This document shows, in pieces, positions 58,201 to 64,000 of a DNA stretch of 64,000 bases; the stretch's first letter is position 1; each line of letters opens with the position of its first letter. The position numbers were made by a program, and so were the translations under genes. The notes below the pieces were generated by a model, which was not told the DNA's origin, did not search any database, and saw nothing but the letters and a program-made list of their open reading frames with translations. The DNA comes from Corallochytrium limacisporum Hawaii (lineage: Eukaryota > Protista > Pluriformea), in contig PDIP01000079.1 in assembly GCA_002811645.1 (NCBI GenBank), positions 81,576 through 145,575 on the forward strand, in the 5' to 3' direction.

Positions 58201-61200
58201 GGTGGGGTGTGCATGCGGAGGTATGGATGGTTACCTTTGTATTTTTGGAACGCCAGGGTATTACGAGACGCAAGCGTTGGCATCGGCCGATTTTCGATAG
58301 TAGTGAACATTGAGAAAATCTCTATATGCGAGCCATTGCCTTGTACTGGGCCCCAAGGATGCGAGTGAAATGAACCAAAATGGCAAGGGTGACACACCGA
58401 AGAGGAGGGGAGGGGGCCCATCAACCTGGGACGACCGTGCCTCAGAAGAAGAGGGGGTGACCAGACTAGTAGTACACACCGTTGTTTTGTCCTTCTCTGC
58501 CGTGTGTGTCTTTCAAAGGAGGGAGATATCCATCGCCATATGCACAGCACGAGGAAGCAGCAAGCAAACAACTACGGCATCGGAACCGCAGTATATCCAA
58601 TACTGAGTTCTCACTCCTAAAAAGTTTGTCAGCAAACAACGGGGAGGGAAGGGGCAAAGAAGGGACGGGGGTGACTGCTTGCGTGTTAGCGTGGTAGAGT
58701 GACCTTCAAAAAATCAATGACATCCGCAGCGAAGACGAACACATCACTTCTGGCGGACTCAGAGTGTGAAGTGGAAGTCCATTACCAAAGTATTGAGAAA
58801 GTGGGAGAATTCTTCGAGGAGAGGTATCTCTCCCGCACGACAGGCCATCGAATAATCTTCGCCTAAATATGACTGAAACAAGACGAACGATTGCAAGGAC
58901 AAAAGGGAGGAAGAACAAGCCGCACACTCATAAAAATAGTCTGTAAAAATCTGCCCACAATGTCAGTATAGCTTTGGGTTTAGTGCTGACTAATTAATAA
59001 AAAACTTGTTGCTGTGGATGTTGTGGGTGGACGTCTCACACTTTGCCGGAGATCGTACCGGAACACCGTTGGCAATCGGGGCTCTGTGTCACCATTTCGT
59101 GTTTATCGCTACATACTCAAAGAATGCGCATTTCTCAGTTTGAAATGATGTCTCGCTTGCGCTCTGTGAGTTCCGCGTCTCTCCCTCTCTGGGCGGCGTT
59201 CGAAACTTTCATAGTGGCCCTCTGAGTTATGGCGCTGCCTTCTCCATCTCTCTACCTCCACGCTCTCGTAGATCTCTGTGGTGCGTGCGTGTGTTCGCTT
59301 GTGTTGCGCTCCAGGGAATCACATACAACTCATACCGTGTCCTGGAGCGGTGAACCGTAGGACTTGCACATTTGGTGCTCAGCTCTGTCGATATCGTGTT
59401 TTGTCTGCGGTCCTAGGAATGATTTCAGCTGGCTCTGTGTTTACCATGGATTGTACGCTACTGCAAAAGATGCTTTATTCCGGTGCAAGAGACACAGCCG
59501 AGGAATGCCCGGGGAGACACAACTTACGAGGACGACCTGCCCAGACGACGTCCACCACCACACAGTCACAGGCACACTGGTTGTGTGCGGACAAAAGGCG
59601 ACTCTTGTATTTCTGACTGATCATAGTGGAAGATAAACTCACCATCCTGGATGTGGGCATGCTGGACAGACAGGAGGGAACGAGTACCATAAACGAGACC
59701 CTGGAGGAATTGGTGGATCGTACCATGTTCTACTAAGTCATTCCTCTCTCTGTGTTCAAACGACCAGGCGCATACCATACATGCAGGCGTAGGCCGCTGC
59801 TTGATGAGTATGGCAACAAACTTAGTCCCGAGTATGAGGAACATACACATTCAAGTGTTGTTCGTATTACCCCTTCCGGCCCCAGTACATGGATACCATT
59901 ACAAATTGAAGCCCATTCAAACCCTTGCGAGCATGCGAAGTTCCCCCCATTCCCTTTGTTCGGACGTCGCACACATCAGAGGGGACCCGGTTTCGACCTT
60001 CCCCATTAACATCCGTCGTCCCTTCCTCTTCCATGTATGCATTGACCCGAAGAGCCTAGTGGGATGCACAAATAAAGGTCCATCCAGACAAGTATCAATC
60101 GAAATACTCCGCGTCAATTTTATGGGTTAGTTATCTACTATCTCTCTGCCCACCCATCAATCTTTGTCACCCCAGCTTTCCACAGAATCTTCTTATTGTT
60201 TTACCAGCATCCTGCTTTGTTCAAGGAAGCAAGTCTAATGAGTCTAGTTGTGAAGGATTGAGGAATTTTCTGACTGGGTCCAGAATGTTGTGGTCCCTCG
60301 TACTGGAGCAAAGGACACAATTGAGAAGGCCCCTAAGCAGGAGGGACAAAGGGGTGCCAGCAATTGGCTAAAATCCCAGCCAGTGATGGCGAGGAACCTG
60401 ACCGTGTGCGTGCCATCGGTTGCTGTTAGTGAGGAGGATCCCATTGCTATGGAGGAAGGAGAGACCACAAGGAATGTGTTCGGTTGCTGTATGTCTCTAA
60501 CATGAACATAGGATGATTTTTAGCGACAACGCTTTGTTTGCAACATGCATCGTACTCAACACGGATGACCATTCTTGCAACTAGCAATTGGCCTGGCAAC
60601 ATGCATAATTTTTGTTGATCGTCAGCTCTTCCCTTCTCCTTACGATGCCGTCATTAAACCAGATCGAGCCAGACTCTGAAAGCTCGCCCTTTTGGATGCT
60701 CGTCGGACATGTTCCCTTTGGTCCATCCGAAGCGAAGTCACGGAAATAGTTGTGTAGCACGTTCGCTACATGGTGATCCGTTCCAATCTTGTGGGGTATT
60801 ATGATTTCAAAAGTGCCGCCCTGTCCGCTCGATCGACTCTAATTCGTTGGCCGGTGTCCCCGAATGGTCTAGGGCAGTGATTACACACATTGGCACATGG
60901 CAGAAATCATCAGCAAGGCGATAGGGAAGAAGTAATACACCCAATTGAGTTTCACAAACAAAGATTGTGTCCAGTTCACCATTTGAGCAAATCATCTCAC
61001 AGAGAGTATCCAAACTTATACATCTCGCCAGACCATCAAATCAAGCCAACACCGTCCACTGCAAATGAGCCGTTGACACCATCTAGCCAATTGCCTAAAC
61101 ATCCGAATCAGTAGTCACACCCAACGTGGGTAGATCATCTGAACCCTTTGTCCTCCACTACACAACAGCACCGCCTCAAACATATAGATCGCGATCAGAA

Positions 61201-62904
61201 CACCTTGCCGTATGCTGCATGTTCCTCTTTTTATGGACGCGTAACACACGGACGGGCAATCACTTTCGATTGCAACATTCTAACCGCACAAAAATGAGTG
61301 CTCAACATCAGATGCCGCATTACAGGACTGATCTAGGTCAGAGTATTATTCACTGATGCATTGATTCGACATGGTCACTCGCCTCCGACCACGATGCATC
61401 AATTTACAAAATGCTCGCGTGTTATTGATTATGTATTTATTGATTAAAATTTGATCCCCGGGGGCGTCGCTGTTTTGCGCAAAACATATGGAGCGGAGGT
61501 GGGGGGTGGGGTGTGTTGTCCTCATTCTAAATATGAAGGAGTAAGATTTTCCAAAAAACTGGCTTTGGAAATTTCGCAGGCCTAGTGTGCTTGTGTCATT
61601 GTCGTCGGGGAATGACAAGGGCCCGAACTATTTTGCTCACTACACACACCATACGGATGCATTGGCTCCCAATTTTTTTGCCTTACTTTAGACCCCGCAC
61701 TCGTTCCCCCCTATCCTCCACACGGGCCAGCAGGTGCACACATTCCGGAAGACGGTGGGAGGACGAGGAGAGGACAGGAGGCCCGAGTGTTCCACACGGT
61801 CTGGGTGAGGGGTGTGTGTGTGTGTGTGTGCAAGTCAGCCCAGCAGTCGCCCTGCCCACTTGGGCACCGCCCGGGGGGTCACACAGAGGAAAACTCCCCC
61901 CCCCTCCCCCTCCCTCTGGAAAAGAATGGGAAAAACGACTGGGTTCACGTACGACGGAAGAAAAAGAGGCCCCGGAAGGCTTTGTGGGCTGAGCGCCCAT
62001 ACGGGCGGCGCGCCAGAAACCGAATCCGAAAAAGAACCGAAGCGCAGGAAAGAAAAAAAAAAAAACCGCGCGTTCTGACGGGACCACCGCCCGTGTGTGC
62101 GCGCTTTGGGGACAGAGAGAGAGAGAGAGACATCGCTGCGGAAGAGAGAGAGAGAGAGACATCGCTGCGGAGTAGCGAGGTCAAACTCTCCTTTTCTTCG
62201 CCCTTCTTTCTTTGCCAACTCTTCCGTGCCGCTGGTCCCGGCGAGGTGTCCAACACCACATTTGTGGGGGCTCACGGCTCAGTGGCCTCCTCACTAATTC
62301 TCTCACTCAATCTTGGCTTGCTTCCTTCTGTTGTGCTTTTTCTTGTTGAGAATGGGTTGAGGAGAATGTGTTGCTAAATCAGCGCGCCACCAGAAAATGG
62401 TTGTCACTTTAAGCGCACTTGGCTGTGGTCCTGGGCGGTCCCTGGTCGGCCGGCTGATGTAAGGGGCAAAAATGGGATGAAGTCGTTCGCACAGAAGCGC
62501 GACAAGCCGTTGGTTCCAAAATCTCCAATCGCGGGACTACGAGGCAACATATACACAAGCCACTGCTGTGAACCTTTGCCGTCTGGCTGTTATGCCCTGT
62601 GAGTATATCGGAGTGGGACGTTGCGAGCGTCTGTTTCATGTTGTAAGAATGCCTACAGCATGCGATACGAGTGCGTGGGTGCGGCGCTAGGCAAGCGTGT
62701 ATGGACGGTTTATATTCGGTGTTGCAGTCATGATATTTGAAGCAAATTGGTAATACCAATAGGGATCTCACAGTCACTAAACTATGGGAAACAATCGACA
62801 ACGGCTAAAGTTTCAATTGCCACGACACTAGTATGCTGTGTGGCATGGTCTAAGGAAAGAGGCAACGGGAAACAAAGATTCCAGTTCCCGATAGTTCGAT
62901 CAAT

Positions 62905-64000
62905 ATGGAGCTTGAAGGCATTTTGAAGAATGCTTTGTCTCCGGACCCCAATGCTCGTGCACAGTCGCTGCAACAATTGGAGCAAGCGGAGCAGCAATTT
63001 TTCCAACAGTTCGTCGTTGCATTGGCAGATCTGTTGGCGGATGAGAGCAAAGGGGATGACACGAGGAGACTTGCTGGTCTGAGACTAAAGAATACTTTGA
63101 CCTCTCGTAATGAGGGAATCCGGTCGTCAATGTTCAATCGCTGGCGCAGCATTGAAATTGGTACTCGGCAAACCTTGCATGGGACGTTCTTGAGGACACT
63201 GGAGTCTCCCAAACCATCCATCGCGCCTATCATTGCTCAGGTTATTTCAAAGGTAGCTTCTGCAGAGTTAATGCATGGAGAGTGGCCGGAGCTCATCCAT
63301 AGTTTACTCAGGAACGTGACAAAGTCCGATCCTAGTATTCCTCTCAAACTCTCCACACTTGAAACCATTGGCTATGTCTGCGAAGAGGTGCACCCCAGTG
63401 TTTTGGCAGCACAATCTAATGAGATTCTCACTGCTGTGGTGCACTGCATGAAGAAAACGGAGCCTTCTGAGGAGGTACGGGTTACTGCCACGAAGACTCT
63501 CAGCAATGCCGTACCCTTTATTCGGGCCAATTTCGAAAGTGAACCGGAAAGGAACTATATCATGCAGATTCTCTGCGAGAACATGGTAAGCAACATTGTG
63601 CCGCTAGTTAAATCAGGCCTAGTCTGCCTGGTGCAGATCGCAGAGCACTACTATGAATATTTGCAGTCTTACATGATGGCCCTTTTCCATATCACTACAC
63701 AATGCCTGAAGAGCAACAATGATGATATTTCCATGCTTGCTTTGGACTTCTGGGACTCAATTTCAACCCAGGAAAAGGAACTGGAATGTGACAGAATTGA
63801 AGCAGAGGAAAGGGGGGAAGCACCCGACACTGTGTCCATGCACTACTGCAGAGGTGCTCTCCCGCAGCTGGTACCTTTGATCCTTCAGAAGATGACCCTC
63901 CAGACGGATGACGTTGAAGATTCTGGACTTAGCATTTCACAGGCTGCTGGCGTGTCACTGAATTTCCTTGCTGAAACCTGTGAGGATTCGGTTGTCGAGC
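62905..64000 (+). CDS. KPNB1: Importin subunit beta-1, 5' part (runs off the window; absent from the ORF track)
   Basis: Manual translation: MELEGILKNALSPD..., RRLAGLRLKNTL, WPELI, TLETIGYVCEE, SNEILTAVV, ANFESEPERNYIMQILCE. Confidence 0.95.
   Translation, partial: MELEGILKNALSPDPNARAQSLQQLEQAEQQFFQQFVVALADLLADESKGDDTRRLAGLRLKNTLTSRNEGIRSSMFNRWRSIEIGTRQTLHGTFLRTLESPKPSIAPIIAQVISKVASAELMHGEWPELIHSLLRNVTKSDPSIPLKLSTLETIGYVCEEVHPSVLAAQSNEILTAVVHCMKKTEPSEEVRVTATKTLSNAVPFIRANFESEPERNYIMQILCENMVSNIVPLVKSGLVCLVQIAEHYYEYLQSYMMALFHITTQCLKSNNDDISMLALDFWDSISTQEKELECDRIEAEERGEAPDTVSMHYCRGALPQLVPLILQKMTLQTDDVEDSGLSISQAAGVSLNFLAETCEDSVVE

Overview
Eukaryotic nuclear DNA, nearly intron-free, with two N-gaps (17139-17845, 32097-32321) and several homopolymer-rich patches that look like low-quality gap fill. 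The source is probably a unicellular opisthokont, most likely a holozoan. This is an inference from an animal-like ubiquitin (Pro19, only E24D vs human), an AIMP2 orthologue, fungal-type folate and Mpr1 genes, and an intron-poor layout reminiscent of Corallochytrium. Positions 1-29.2 kb are densely packed, mostly strand-alternating genes: LTN1 3' part, SIL1, tandem dihydroneopterin aldolase, RTF2, eIF3m, MAPEG, a Dam-family methyltransferase, MTHFR, MED4-like, an unknown two-exon gene, polyubiquitin, a CDF Zn transporter, EndoV, AIMP2, NME6 and an unknown coiled-coil protein. 29.2-43 kb is a gene desert containing one ~93-aa Phactr/Bni4-type PP1-binding microprotein. 43-55 kb holds an Mpr1-like GNAT, BUD22/SRFBP1, SWEET, a SAP+TM protein, a START protein, a mitochondrial carrier and an AMPK-related kinase. 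Importin beta starts at 62905 and runs off the window. Best leads: (1) an HTH-fused phage-type DNA N6-adenine methyltransferase that is restored by a predicted 75-nt intron; (2) a three-way-junction RNA carrying uAUGs inside a candidate 5' intron of the Mpr1-like gene, a riboswitch-like layout; (3) AIMP2 in an apparently unicellular genome; (4) the stand-alone PP1-targeting microprotein; (5) an orphan structured RNA at ~20.2 kb. All family calls come from motif recognition by eye; no searches were run.
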